A DNA stretch of 64,000 nt, from positions 32,629 through 96,628 of the forward strand of contig CANGVA010000008.1 of assembly GCA_947457395.1 (NCBI GenBank), in the 5' to 3' direction. The position numbers and the translations under genes were made by a program. Origin of the DNA: Bacteroidota bacterium. GTDB lineage: Bacteria > Bacteroidota > Bacteroidia > UKL13-3. The notes beneath the pieces were generated by a model. That model was not told the DNA's origin. It worked only from the letters and a program-made list of their open reading frames with translations, and searched no databases. Below, one piece after another: positions 49,535-59,139 of the stretch (its first letter is position 1; every line of letters begins with the position of its first letter).

Positions 49535-50320
49535 ATGGCATTCAGAGATACAGACGCTAAAATCATAATTAAAAATAAGGAACAAATTGAAGGCATCAGG
49601 CTCAGCTCGCAACTTGCAGCAAAAACCCTCATAGCTGTTGCGCCTTTTGTTAGAGCTGGAGTTACTACGGCATACCTAAATCAAATTTGTGCAACCTTTA
49701 TGCGTGATCATGGAGCAAAGCCTGCAACCTTAGGTTATCATGGGTATCCAAAAGAGAGTTGTATTTCCGTGAATGATGTAATTTGCCACGGTATACCGGG
49801 GCCTTATGAGTTAAGGGATGGTGATATAGTGAATATCGATGTTACCACCATTCTTAATGGTTTTTATGGTGATACTAGTAAAATGTACGAGGTAGGAGAA
49901 GTTTCAATGCATGCAAAAAAACTAATTCAGGTAACACGTGAGTGCTTGCGCATTGGCATTGAACAAAGTATTGCAGGTAATCATTTGGGTAATATCGGTT
50001 ACCATATAAATAAGCATGCTGTTGCTAATGGCTATTCAACTGTTTATGAGTTTTGCGGACATGGTATTGGGCTTAAATTTCATGAAGAGCCGGAGGTATG
50101 CCATATTGATGAAAAAAATACTGGCCCAATCTTAAAGCCCGGTATGATTTTTACTATTGAGCCCATGATTAATGCAGGTAAAGCCAGAGCAAAGGTAGAT
50201 AAGAAAGATGGCTGGACCGCACGTACCATTGACGGTAAACTCTCTGCCCAGTTTGAACATACCATATTGGTTACCGATGGTGAGGCTGATGTACTAACAG
50301 ATGTTGATGGTAGCTTTTAA
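49535..50320 (+). CDS. map: Type I methionine aminopeptidase
   Basis: 'CISVNDVICHGIP', 'GDIVNIDVT', 'GHGIG', 'TIEPMI', 'SAQFEHT'. Confidence 0.95.
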   Translation: MAFRDTDAKIIIKNKEQIEGIRLSSQLAAKTLIAVAPFVRAGVTTAYLNQICATFMRDHGAKPATLGYHGYPKESCISVNDVICHGIPGPYELRDGDIVNIDVTTILNGFYGDTSKMYEVGEVSMHAKKLIQVTRECLRIGIEQSIAGNHLGNIGYHINKHAVANGYSTVYEFCGHGIGLKFHEEPEVCHIDEKNTGPILKPGMIFTIEPMINAGKARAKVDKKDGWTARTIDGKLSAQFEHTILVTDGEADVLTDVDGSF

Positions 50321-50322
50321 AT

Positions 50323-50353
50323 AAAAAAACCTTGCAATATGCAAGGTTTTTTT
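50323..50353. terminator. Bidirectional intrinsic terminator
   Basis: AAAAAAACCTTGCA-ATA-TGCAAGGTTTTTTT between convergent genes. Confidence 0.88.
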
Positions 50354-50370
50354 ATGGTTAATAATGTTGG

Positions 50371-51018
50371 TTAAAATTCCTTTACTACTTTAACGATGAA
50401 TTTGATGGTTACAATCAAATTCATCGTTGGTTTAGAAACCTTTTTGTTGTCAAATGTGGCCAGTTTAATATTAAATCCGATTTTTGAGGCTGCCATGTAG
50501 GGCTGCAAATTGGTAGGAGGGTTGCTCCAGAAATTGTAAGTGCCATCAGTCAATGGTTTTTCAGTATATGTAGCCGTTATTTTTTTGCGTCCAGCATCTG
50601 CATTTGGCTTTCCATTGGTTATGTCAATAGTTGTGTTGTTTAATCCAGGTGCAGTAAAGGTTGCACTGCTGTAGTGCAAGCTGTCAAAATTGGCCTGAGC
50701 ATTTATGTCTGGTATTTCAAGAGTGAGCGCTAGTAAATTTACGCTTTTTATATCAGCTATGCTTAAATCGGGGTCAATTGTTTTTAACAAGCTGTCTGCG
50801 TTTGGAAAAATTTCACCTGAAATTTCAACAAAACCATCAATTGTTTTGGCTGGAATTGTAAATGGTACGGAGTAAAACGTTTCTTTATTTACTTCAATAT
50901 TTGGCTTTTTTGGGAGCAGGTCCTCTTTATCGCAGGAAACAAAAAGAAATAAAACGGTGGCGATGATGCACAATGGAAGCAATTGACGCATCAACCGAAG
51001 AGTTTGGTAGTTTTTCAT
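50371..51018 (-). CDS. Hypothetical lipoprotein
   Basis: Hydrophobic signal with lipobox FVSC followed by acidic DKED (Bacteroidota surface-export-like). Confidence 0.65.
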   Translation of the reverse strand: MKNYQTLRLMRQLLPLCIIATVLFLFVSCDKEDLLPKKPNIEVNKETFYSVPFTIPAKTIDGFVEISGEIFPNADSLLKTIDPDLSIADIKSVNLLALTLEIPDINAQANFDSLHYSSATFTAPGLNNTTIDITNGKPNADAGRKKITATYTEKPLTDGTYNFWSNPPTNLQPYMAASKIGFNIKLATFDNKKVSKPTMNLIVTIKFIVKVVKEF

Positions 51019-51122
51019 GGCTAGCTTTTTTAGGTTTTAGTGTGCAAGAATATTCATATCAAATGTAATAATTAATTTAAAATCTGAATAGCTGTATTAA
51101 AAAAGGAGCAACAAAATGGCCT

Positions 51123-51893
51123 TCACTCCTTCAGGTAAATGCATGGCAGCAGATTAGAATAAAAAATAAACTCAACACGGTTTCTGCTGTTTTGAAGAGG
51201 CTGGGTAGGTTTAACGGCTGCGCCTTTTGATGCAGAGGTAATGCGTTGCTGGCTTATGCCTTGTTCAGCGCATAATTGCTCACACAATGCTAACGACTTT
51301 AAAAATCCAATATCTGCAACATTGGCAACTTTCTCTTTGGTGTGGTTAAACGTATCTGTATGGGCAACTATTAAAAGTTGCAGATCGGTATTTTTCAGGA
51401 GTATTTCCTTTACTTTAATTAGGGTGGTCTGCGTTCTGCTATCAGGTTTAATGGAGTTTGACGCAAAAAGAACCCGATCGCTTATTTCTACTATCATTTG
51501 AGAACATGAGATGCGACATGAATAATCAGAGGGTGTTATGTTTTTAAATGAATCAAAAATGCTTTGTGCAAGTGATCTGAATGCTTCTGACTCCTGCTCT
51601 TTTCTGGATTTCATGTCCTTTAAACTGGCTTCTCTTTCTTTCAATTGTTTTTCTTTGGCGTTTAATGAATCTTCTTTTTCCTGTAGCCTGGTGTTCAGCG
51701 CTTGTTCAGTGATGGCATTTTTCTGCTCAAGATACTCTTTTTCGTCAAGCAATTTTCTGATACGATTTTCCTGAGCCAAGCTATCTAAGCGCAGGCGAGT
51801 GTTCTCATCAGTTAATTGCTGGTTCATTCGTGAACTTGCGCATCCGCATAACAGGGCGGTAATCAATATAAAAGTTGAATTTCTTATGTACAT
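51123..51893 (-). CDS. OmpA/MotB-like lipoprotein with coiled coil
   Basis: Lipobox LCGC, long coiled coil, 'LFASNS', 'AHTD', 'RNRVEF'. Confidence 0.65.
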   Translation of the reverse strand: MYIRNSTFILITALLCGCASSRMNQQLTDENTRLRLDSLAQENRIRKLLDEKEYLEQKNAITEQALNTRLQEKEDSLNAKEKQLKEREASLKDMKSRKEQESEAFRSLAQSIFDSFKNITPSDYSCRISCSQMIVEISDRVLFASNSIKPDSRTQTTLIKVKEILLKNTDLQLLIVAHTDTFNHTKEKVANVADIGFLKSLALCEQLCAEQGISQQRITSASKGAAVKPTQPLQNSRNRVEFIFYSNLLPCIYLKE

Positions 51894-52023
51894 CAGGCCT
51901 ACAAAAATAAAATAATCTATGCTGCGAACTAATAACGTTTTACACATGGCTGGCATAAAATAACCTGACTCGGTCGCAAATTTTTCAAAACATCGTCTAT
52001 TTTCGTGCGAAAACCATTGTTAT

Positions 52024-53178
52024 ATGACTGAGCAAAAACGTGTGTATTTGGATAATGCCGCTACAACACCAATAGATCCTGAAGTGATTGATACCATGCT
52101 GCCTTTGATGAAGGAGCATTATGGTAATCCATCTTCTACACATGCACATGGCAGGGTTGTTCGCACATTTGTTGAGGAAGCGCGTAAAACTGTAGCTAAA
52201 TTAATGGGATGCACACCCGGAGAAATATTTTTTACCTCAGGTGGCACCGAAGCTGATAATATGGCGATTAGAAAATCTGTTGAGTGCTTGGGCGTAAAAC
52301 ATATTATTACTTCGCCTATTGAGCACCATGCCGTTTTACATACTATAGAGGAATTGCACAAAGCAGGTAAGGCAACCATGCATCTGGTGAAGCTAACAGA
52401 TAATGGCTATGCGAATATGGATGATCTGGAAAGCCTTCTCAAACAGCACCCGCATGCATTGGTTTCTTTGATGCATGCAAATAATGAAATTGGAAATATG
52501 ATTGATATTGATGCTGTGGGTGAATTATGTAAACAATATGAAGCTTACTTTCATTGCGATACAGTGCAAACTATCGGACATTACCGCTTTGATTTAAGCA
52601 AACAGCATATTCATTTCATGGCCTGTGCAGCTCATAAATTTAATGGCCCTAAAGGTGTAGGGTTTATTTATATTAACGCTGATACCAAAATTGATTCATT
52701 TATTACCGGTGGTGCTCAGGAACGAAACATGCGTGGAGGTACGGAAAATGTGGTGGGCATTGTTGGTTTGGCAAAAGCACTGGAAATTAGCTATAGAGAT
52801 CTGGATAAAGATAGCGAGCATATTAGCAGTCTTAAACAATATATGAAGCAAAGGTTGGTGGCAGAAATACCTGGTATCTCCTTTAACGGAGACCCGGATG
52901 GTAATGCCTCCTACACTGTTCTCAATGTCTCTTTCCCGCCCAGCCCTATTTCTGAAATGATGTTGTTTAAGCTGGATATTGCAGGAATTTCTGCTTCCGG
53001 GGGCAGTGCGTGCTCCTCCGGTTCTAACGTTGGCTCACATGTGCTAAAGGCTATCGGAGCAAATCCAGAGAGAGCTGCTGTACGATTTTCTTTTGGAAAG
53101 TTTAATACCAAAGATGATGTTGATTATACAATTAGCCAATTAAAACAAATGCTTAAAATTGATTTTGCTACATTATAA
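52024..53178 (+). CDS. iscS: Cysteine desulfurase (IscS/NifS family)
   Basis: 'YLDNAATT', 'GNPSS', 'AHKFNGPKG', 'GSACSSG'. Confidence 0.88.
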   Translation: MTEQKRVYLDNAATTPIDPEVIDTMLPLMKEHYGNPSSTHAHGRVVRTFVEEARKTVAKLMGCTPGEIFFTSGGTEADNMAIRKSVECLGVKHIITSPIEHHAVLHTIEELHKAGKATMHLVKLTDNGYANMDDLESLLKQHPHALVSLMHANNEIGNMIDIDAVGELCKQYEAYFHCDTVQTIGHYRFDLSKQHIHFMACAAHKFNGPKGVGFIYINADTKIDSFITGGAQERNMRGGTENVVGIVGLAKALEISYRDLDKDSEHISSLKQYMKQRLVAEIPGISFNGDPDGNASYTVLNVSFPPSPISEMMLFKLDIAGISASGGSACSSGSNVGSHVLKAIGANPERAAVRFSFGKFNTKDDVDYTISQLKQMLKIDFATL

Positions 53179-53188
53179 ATTTAAAACT

Positions 53189-54103
53189 ATGAAAAAACTG
53201 ACACTAATTGCTTCACTCTGCTCAATTACTTTCCCGTTTATGGCACAAAGCCAAGATGCACCAGCTGCCACAGGTTGGAAAAATGAATTACAAACCGGTA
53301 TTAATTTTAATCAATCCAGTTTTAGCAGCAACTGGAAAGCCGGTGGTGTAAATGCCATTGCAATAAGCGGATTTATTAATGGTAAAGCAGAACTGAAAAA
53401 AGAATCATATAGTTGGACAAATGATTTACAGTTGCTTTATGGTAATGTGCAAAATGAAACGCAAGGACTTAGAAAAACAGCCGACCGTATTTTTTTTGAT
53501 AGTCGGTATGGTTATAAAGTAAGTAAGCACTGGAGTGCATTTGCCTCTGTAAACTTTCAAACCCAATTTGATGCGGGTTATGAGTATGTGAAGGAAAAGG
53601 ATGCGGCAGGAAAGGAAACCGGGATAGAAACGGCAACCCGTATCTCCGGATTTATGTCGCCTGGATATTTAACCCAAGCATTGGGTATGGAATATAAGCC
53701 GGTAGATTATTTCTCTGCACAGTTTGGTGTGGGTGCATTGCGTCAGTCCTTTGTGCTTGATCAGACTTTATATGATGTAGCCGGAAAGGATGAGTTATAT
53801 GGAGTGAAGCGGGGAGACAATATGCGCAATCAGATGGTTTTTCAATTTGTGGCCAACTTTGATAAGGAAATCATGAAAAATTTGCTTCTTAAAGCAAGAT
53901 ATATGGGACTTGCCGATTATGAAAAAATAAATGGTCAAGGTATTGTACATAGGCTTGATGTAAACATTACTGCTAAAGTAAACAAGTACATCAATGTAAA
54001 TTTAGCCGGGGTGTTACTGTATGATTATGATCAGGATGCTGATGTGCAATACTCTCAGGTAATGGCCTTGGGTATCTTATATACATTTGGTGGCAGTAAA
54101 TAG
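53189..54103 (+). CDS. DUF3078 outer-membrane protein
   Basis: Signal peptide; 'FSSNWKAGG', 'RKTAD', 'TQFDAGY', 'FMSPGY'. Confidence 0.85.
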   Translation: MKKLTLIASLCSITFPFMAQSQDAPAATGWKNELQTGINFNQSSFSSNWKAGGVNAIAISGFINGKAELKKESYSWTNDLQLLYGNVQNETQGLRKTADRIFFDSRYGYKVSKHWSAFASVNFQTQFDAGYEYVKEKDAAGKETGIETATRISGFMSPGYLTQALGMEYKPVDYFSAQFGVGALRQSFVLDQTLYDVAGKDELYGVKRGDNMRNQMVFQFVANFDKEIMKNLLLKARYMGLADYEKINGQGIVHRLDVNITAKVNKYINVNLAGVLLYDYDQDADVQYSQVMALGILYTFGGSK

Positions 54104-54164
54104 GCTGCAGCCTCTGTTGATATTTAAATTTTCTGCACCCACATGCATAGCCTAATTTCGCTAT

Positions 54165-56462
54165 GTGAATTACCTTGATGAATTAAATGACCCACAACGC
54201 GATGCTGTTGTAAATACAGATGGTCCTGTTATTATTATTGCAGGTGCCGGTTCGGGCAAAACCCGCGTGCTAACCTATCGCATTGCATACCTGATAAAAA
54301 ACGGAACAGATCCATTTCAGATACTTGCACTAACTTTTACCAATAAAGCTGCAAAGGAAATGCGTGAGCGCATACATCATGTGGCAGGGGCTGAAGCGCG
54401 CAATCTCTGGATGGGTACTTTTCACTCCATCTTTGCACGTATACTCAGAATTGAAGCAGATAAAATTGGCTATCCAAGAAACTTTACTATTTATGATACG
54501 GATGATGCTAAAAGCCTGATTAAGTCTATTGTAAATGATTTAAAACTGAATGATAAGGTTTATAAACCGTCTATGATTGCAGGTAGAATTTCAGCAGCAA
54601 AAAATAATATGCTCACAGCTGCTGAATATGCGGCTGATAGTGATAACATATCATATGACGAAAGCTCAGGCAGGCCAAAATTTGCTGAAATATTTGCCGC
54701 CTACGAGGCTCGTTGCTTCAGAGCAGGTGCTATGGATTTTGATGATTTGTTAATTAAAACATATCATCTGCTAAATACACATCCTGAGGTTACCAATAAG
54801 TACCAACATATGTTCAAATATATTCTGGTTGATGAGTTTCAGGATACCAACGGGGTGCAGTATGCCATTGTTAAGAAACTGGCAAACGTATTTCAAAATA
54901 TTACGGTGGTTGGTGATGATGCCCAAAGTATTTATGCCTTTAGAGGTGCAACCATTAAGAATATATTACACTTCCATAAAGATTTTCCTGATACACGTGT
55001 TTATAGACTTGAGCAAAATTATCGCTCTACACAAACCATTGTTAATGCAGCTAACTCTGTTATTAAGCAAAACAAAGAGCAATTGGATAAGAAAGTTTGG
55101 ACACATAACGAAATTGGGGACAGAATAAAGGTATTTCGTGCATTGACAGATAATGAAGAAGGCAAGGTTGTTGCATCTTCTATTTTTCAGGAAAAAATGA
55201 ACAGCCATTGTTTTAATCATGAGTTCGCTATTCTCTACCGAACCAATGCGCAAAGTCGTGCCATAGAAGAGGCACTTAGAAAAATCAATATCCCCTATAA
55301 GATTTATGGTGGTCTTTCATTTTATCAGCGCAAGGAAATAAAGGACCTACTTGCCTATTTTCGTGTTACTATCAACCCTACAGATGAAGAAGCGCTGAAG
55401 CGCATTATAAATTACCCTGCAAGAGGAATTGGTAAAACCACGCTTGATCATTTAGCGGTACTGGCTAATGAGCATAATAAAAGCTGGTGGGAAATCATGA
55501 CTGATGCACATCAATATGGAATAAAGGCAGCAGCAGCACTTTCCGACTTTGTAATGATGATTAAAAGTTTTCAGGCTATACTCGACAGGAATGCTTATGA
55601 TGTGGCTATGCATATTGCCAAACAAAGCACTATCCTGAAAACGCTTTATGAAGACAAAACAGTTGAGGGTATTGCACGATATGAAAACCTGGAAGAATTG
55701 CTTAACGGTTTAAAGGAATTTAGTATAGATGAACCCATTGATGAGGATGGTGTGGTGCGTGTTAGAACCTTACCTGAATACATGCAGGATATTGCTCTCC
55801 TAACTGATGCCGACCGGGAAGATGAAAGTGATTATGATAAAGTAAGCCTGATGACAATTCATGCTTCCAAGGGGCTCGAATTTAAATACGTATATATTGT
55901 TGGGCTGGAGGAAAACTTATTCCCTTCACAACTTTCGTTAAACAGCAGAAATGAACTTGAAGAAGAGCGCAGGTTATTTTATGTGGCATTAACCCGCGCC
56001 ATGAAAAAACTGCACCTGTCTTTTGCTACCTCACGATTTAAATTCGGTACTATGATACATAGTGAACCCAGCAGATTTCTTCAGGAAATTGATCCGCAGT
56101 TCCTAATTATGGAAGGAATGTATAATAATAACAGGGGCAGTGAAAACAGATCTTTTGGTGGCAGAGGTAATAGTGGTCAAGCCAAAATTATATCCTCATC
56201 CACGCCTACAAAATCCAATATCAATTTACCTAAAAATTTCAAGCCTATAAACAAGGCTGCACCTTCTTCTGTTGATCCTGACTTTGTGGGTGATGATACC
56301 TCGCTTTTGCAGGCTGGTAATATGGTTACGCATCAGCGTTTTGGTAAGGGTACCGTGCTAAGTATTGAAGGAGCAGGCGACAACAGAAAAGCACAAATTG
56401 ATTTTGGCGAAGCCGGCAAAAAAATGCTGGTTTTAAAATTTGCAAAATTAAAAATCAATTGA
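54165..56462 (+). CDS. pcrA: ATP-dependent DNA helicase UvrD/PcrA
   Basis: AGAGSGKT, TFTNKAA, VDEFQD, 'QNYRS', 'TIHASKGLEF', 'EERRLFYVA'; C-terminal Tudor 'HQRFGKG'. Confidence 0.93.
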   Translation: MNYLDELNDPQRDAVVNTDGPVIIIAGAGSGKTRVLTYRIAYLIKNGTDPFQILALTFTNKAAKEMRERIHHVAGAEARNLWMGTFHSIFARILRIEADKIGYPRNFTIYDTDDAKSLIKSIVNDLKLNDKVYKPSMIAGRISAAKNNMLTAAEYAADSDNISYDESSGRPKFAEIFAAYEARCFRAGAMDFDDLLIKTYHLLNTHPEVTNKYQHMFKYILVDEFQDTNGVQYAIVKKLANVFQNITVVGDDAQSIYAFRGATIKNILHFHKDFPDTRVYRLEQNYRSTQTIVNAANSVIKQNKEQLDKKVWTHNEIGDRIKVFRALTDNEEGKVVASSIFQEKMNSHCFNHEFAILYRTNAQSRAIEEALRKINIPYKIYGGLSFYQRKEIKDLLAYFRVTINPTDEEALKRIINYPARGIGKTTLDHLAVLANEHNKSWWEIMTDAHQYGIKAAAALSDFVMMIKSFQAILDRNAYDVAMHIAKQSTILKTLYEDKTVEGIARYENLEELLNGLKEFSIDEPIDEDGVVRVRTLPEYMQDIALLTDADREDESDYDKVSLMTIHASKGLEFKYVYIVGLEENLFPSQLSLNSRNELEEERRLFYVALTRAMKKLHLSFATSRFKFGTMIHSEPSRFLQEIDPQFLIMEGMYNNNRGSENRSFGGRGNSGQAKIISSSTPTKSNINLPKNFKPINKAAPSSVDPDFVGDDTSLLQAGNMVTHQRFGKGTVLSIEGAGDNRKAQIDFGEAGKKMLVLKFAKLKIN

Positions 56463-56532
56463 TTCAGCAGGTATCAGCTGCCTATTTTCTATCAAATTAC
56501 AATTTTATATTTGTCACCTTTATTAATTAGGT

Positions 56533-56832
56533 ATGTTCGATAAATTAATGGATGCCCAAAGAAAGGCAGACGAAGTAAAACAAAGACTTGAAACCATAAC
56601 GGTAGAAGGTGAGACAGCCAATGGTTTGGTTAAGGTAACAGCCAATGGCAATAGGATAATTAAAGATATTGCCATTGCAGATGAGTTAATGACTCCTGAA
56701 AGAAAAGAGGAGCTTCAGGATTTTATACTGATTGCCTGCGAAAAGGCACTTCAGCAAGCAGATAATGTTTCGCAGGCCGAGATGATGAAGCTGATGGGTG
56801 GTATGGGTCTTGGTAATCTTTTTGGTAAGTAG
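56533..56832 (+). CDS. ybaB: YbaB/EbfC nucleoid-associated protein
   Basis: 'VEGETANGLVKVTANG', 'EELQDFI'; TATATTTG promoter element at 56506-56513. Confidence 0.85.
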   Translation: MFDKLMDAQRKADEVKQRLETITVEGETANGLVKVTANGNRIIKDIAIADELMTPERKEELQDFILIACEKALQQADNVSQAEMMKLMGGMGLGNLFGK

Positions 56833-56908
56833 TAGAAAAGAGAAAGCCGGACACAGTGCCCGGCTTCTCCTCTTAGCTATGAAACTACCCAGACTTGCGC
56901 CTGAGTAT
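56833..56908 (-). ncRNA. Candidate small RNA: GNRA hairpin, unpaired linker, terminator
   Basis: Minus strand UACUCAGGC-GCAA-GUCUGGGUA, linker GUUUCAUAGCUAAGAGG, terminator AAGCCGGGCA-CUG-UGUCCGGCUU-UCUCUUUU; G.U pairs fix the strand; promoter-like elements upstream. Confidence 0.55.
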
Positions 56909-56966
56909 TACGTGCAATTTATATTGCCATTTTGCTACCTTCAAAATATAAAAGGTTAAAATATCC

Positions 56967-58247
56967 TTAACTGTTACTTACTACCTTAGTTAGCAGCTTT
57001 TTAAATAGAGATAATTCCATGATTACCTCGGTTGCTCCCTGATGATTTTGTATATAGGATCGTGCAAGATTGCCTGCCGACTTTCTTCTATCTGCAGATG
57101 CCGTGAAATCGTTTAATAAGTGCAGCATGCTTTCTTTATCTGTAACTTTGAATCCGCCACCTGTTTCAATCAATTCCTTGGCTTCAGGAAATTTATCATG
57201 ATTCAACGGGCCATAAATTACCGGTACACCAAAAGTAGCCGGCTCTAGAATATTATGCATTCCTTTGGTGCCGAACCCTCCGCCAACCAAAGCGATATCA
57301 CCACTCTTATAAGCTGCAGCAAGCATTCCTATATTATCCATGATTAATACATTTGATGGCTTACCTGCATCAAAAGTTGAATATCGCTGTGTAACTAGGT
57401 CCTTGAAAGTTTTTTCAATAGCTAGTAAACGGTTCTCGCTAATTTCATGCGGTGCTATCAATATTTTCATTTCAGCATTTATTTTACCCATGGCATATGC
57501 CAGTATTTCCTCCTCTGCTGTATAGGTGCTTCCGGCTACCAATAAAAGTTTATGCTGTTTAAACGCTTCCAGTTTGTCGATTGCACATGCCGTTCTAGCG
57601 GTTTGTATCACCCTGTCAAATCTGGTATCGCCTGCTTTTTTACTGTTGGCAATACCGTAGTTGCGCAATAAATGAACTGAATTTTCATCCTGCGTAAATA
57701 TGAAATGAAACATCTGCAGTATTCGTTTAAAAAAATTACCATACCACTTAAAGAAAATCTGATCTTTTCTGAATCGGGCCGAGATAAGTACAAGTGGTAA
57801 TTCCCTTTTGCGCAGTTCATTGATGTAGAAGTACCAAAATTCATACTTGGTAAAAACGGCAGCAACTGGGTTTATTGCCGTAATAAATCTGCTGGCATTG
57901 CCGGCTTGGTCATCTGGCAGGTAAAACACATAATCTGCCACTGGCGTATGCTTTCTTGTTTCATATCCTGATGGGGAAAAAAAAGTGAGTACAATAGCGA
58001 GATTAGGATTTTGTTTTTTAAAAGCTTCCATTACAGGCCTTGCCTGCTCAAACTCTCCGAGGGATGCGCAATGGAACCAACATTTTTCTCTGTTGTCATT
58101 CATTAATTGCGCCTCAATATTTTCAAGCAATTTCTTTCTGCCATTCACATATAAGCTTGCCTTTTTATTGACAGGAGCAATGATTCGGAGCAACCCAAAG
58201 TAAAAGTTTGTAGCAATGATGTATAACAGCAAGCTAGCCCCCCTCAT
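56967..58247 (-). CDS. waaA: 3-deoxy-D-manno-octulosonic acid transferase
   Basis: 'WFHCASLGEFEQ', 'TFFSPSG', 'GDTRFD', 'GST', 'HNILEPA'; ATG at 58247 overlaps the upstream TGA. Confidence 0.92.
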   Translation of the reverse strand: MRGASLLLYIIATNFYFGLLRIIAPVNKKASLYVNGRKKLLENIEAQLMNDNREKCWFHCASLGEFEQARPVMEAFKKQNPNLAIVLTFFSPSGYETRKHTPVADYVFYLPDDQAGNASRFITAINPVAAVFTKYEFWYFYINELRKRELPLVLISARFRKDQIFFKWYGNFFKRILQMFHFIFTQDENSVHLLRNYGIANSKKAGDTRFDRVIQTARTACAIDKLEAFKQHKLLLVAGSTYTAEEEILAYAMGKINAEMKILIAPHEISENRLLAIEKTFKDLVTQRYSTFDAGKPSNVLIMDNIGMLAAAYKSGDIALVGGGFGTKGMHNILEPATFGVPVIYGPLNHDKFPEAKELIETGGGFKVTDKESMLHLLNDFTASADRRKSAGNLARSYIQNHQGATEVIMELSLFKKLLTKVVSNS

Positions 58248-59056
58248 CTGTAGTAAAATTCTTTTTCCTCTTTTATCGTTAAGTACATTGGAATCATCCA
58301 TCCAAACTTAAAACTCCAGAGCAAGTCTGTTCTTTGTGCGGTATCAGGCAAGCGGGTATCATAATTGTAACCTCTAACACTTTGTGTAAACGCCTGGGTA
58401 AAATCAAAGCCGGCATAAAAATTTATGAATCTGTTTTTGCTATGAAAATAATAGCCGATTGTTTGATGTAATGCTGGTCCTCGGGTTAAACGGTCGTAGC
58501 CTTTTTTCATATCTTCTGTTAAAGGTGCTACATCGTTTCGCTGGCTATAAATAGAAATATGATGAGCAAACATGCCCGCACCAAACATTACAATAATTCC
58601 TGAATTGAGGTTAAATGGGGATAATGGAAATACCTTGCCTACTTTACCGGAAAATGCAAGGCCTCGCATGTTTACTGTTAATTCAGCCGGAAACCCACCG
58701 GTATTGGTAATGAATCCGCTGCTATTAGTTAAATTAAAAAAGATGCTATTTTCTTTCATTATTTCTCCAAAGTAGTAGGTAGCATCAGCCGCATAAACAA
58801 AGTTTCTTTTTGTTTTAAACAAGATACCGCCTCCGGCACCATGAAAAGCACCAAATCTTTTGAGCAAGTCGCCTCCGGGTTCGTTGTAGGTGTAACTGAA
58901 TTGGAAATTAAATATCTTATTGGCAAAAGGCTTCTCTACGTTTTCCGAGGTTTTTTTTACTGGTTCTGTTTTACCTTTTTCCTGCGCTGCAGCAAAAGGC
59001 AATGCCAGATATAAAATGCTGAAAAGTAAAACGATGTTTTGTTTCAAGTACTGCAT
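58244..59056 (-). CDS. Hypothetical outer-membrane protein
   Basis: Signal peptide; 'PGGDL..RFG', 'KGYDRLT', 'FGWMIP'. Confidence 0.6.
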   Translation of the reverse strand: MQYLKQNIVLLFSILYLALPFAAAQEKGKTEPVKKTSENVEKPFANKIFNFQFSYTYNEPGGDLLKRFGAFHGAGGGILFKTKRNFVYAADATYYFGEIMKENSIFFNLTNSSGFITNTGGFPAELTVNMRGLAFSGKVGKVFPLSPFNLNSGIIVMFGAGMFAHHISIYSQRNDVAPLTEDMKKGYDRLTRGPALHQTIGYYFHSKNRFINFYAGFDFTQAFTQSVRGYNYDTRLPDTAQRTDLLWSFKFGWMIPMYLTIKEEKEFYYR

Positions 59057-59139
59057 TTGTTTTCCAAAAATAGCTTATTTATTTAAATGTAAAAGGTAAG
59101 TTTATATTTGCCATTCTATTAAAACTACACAATTATCAC

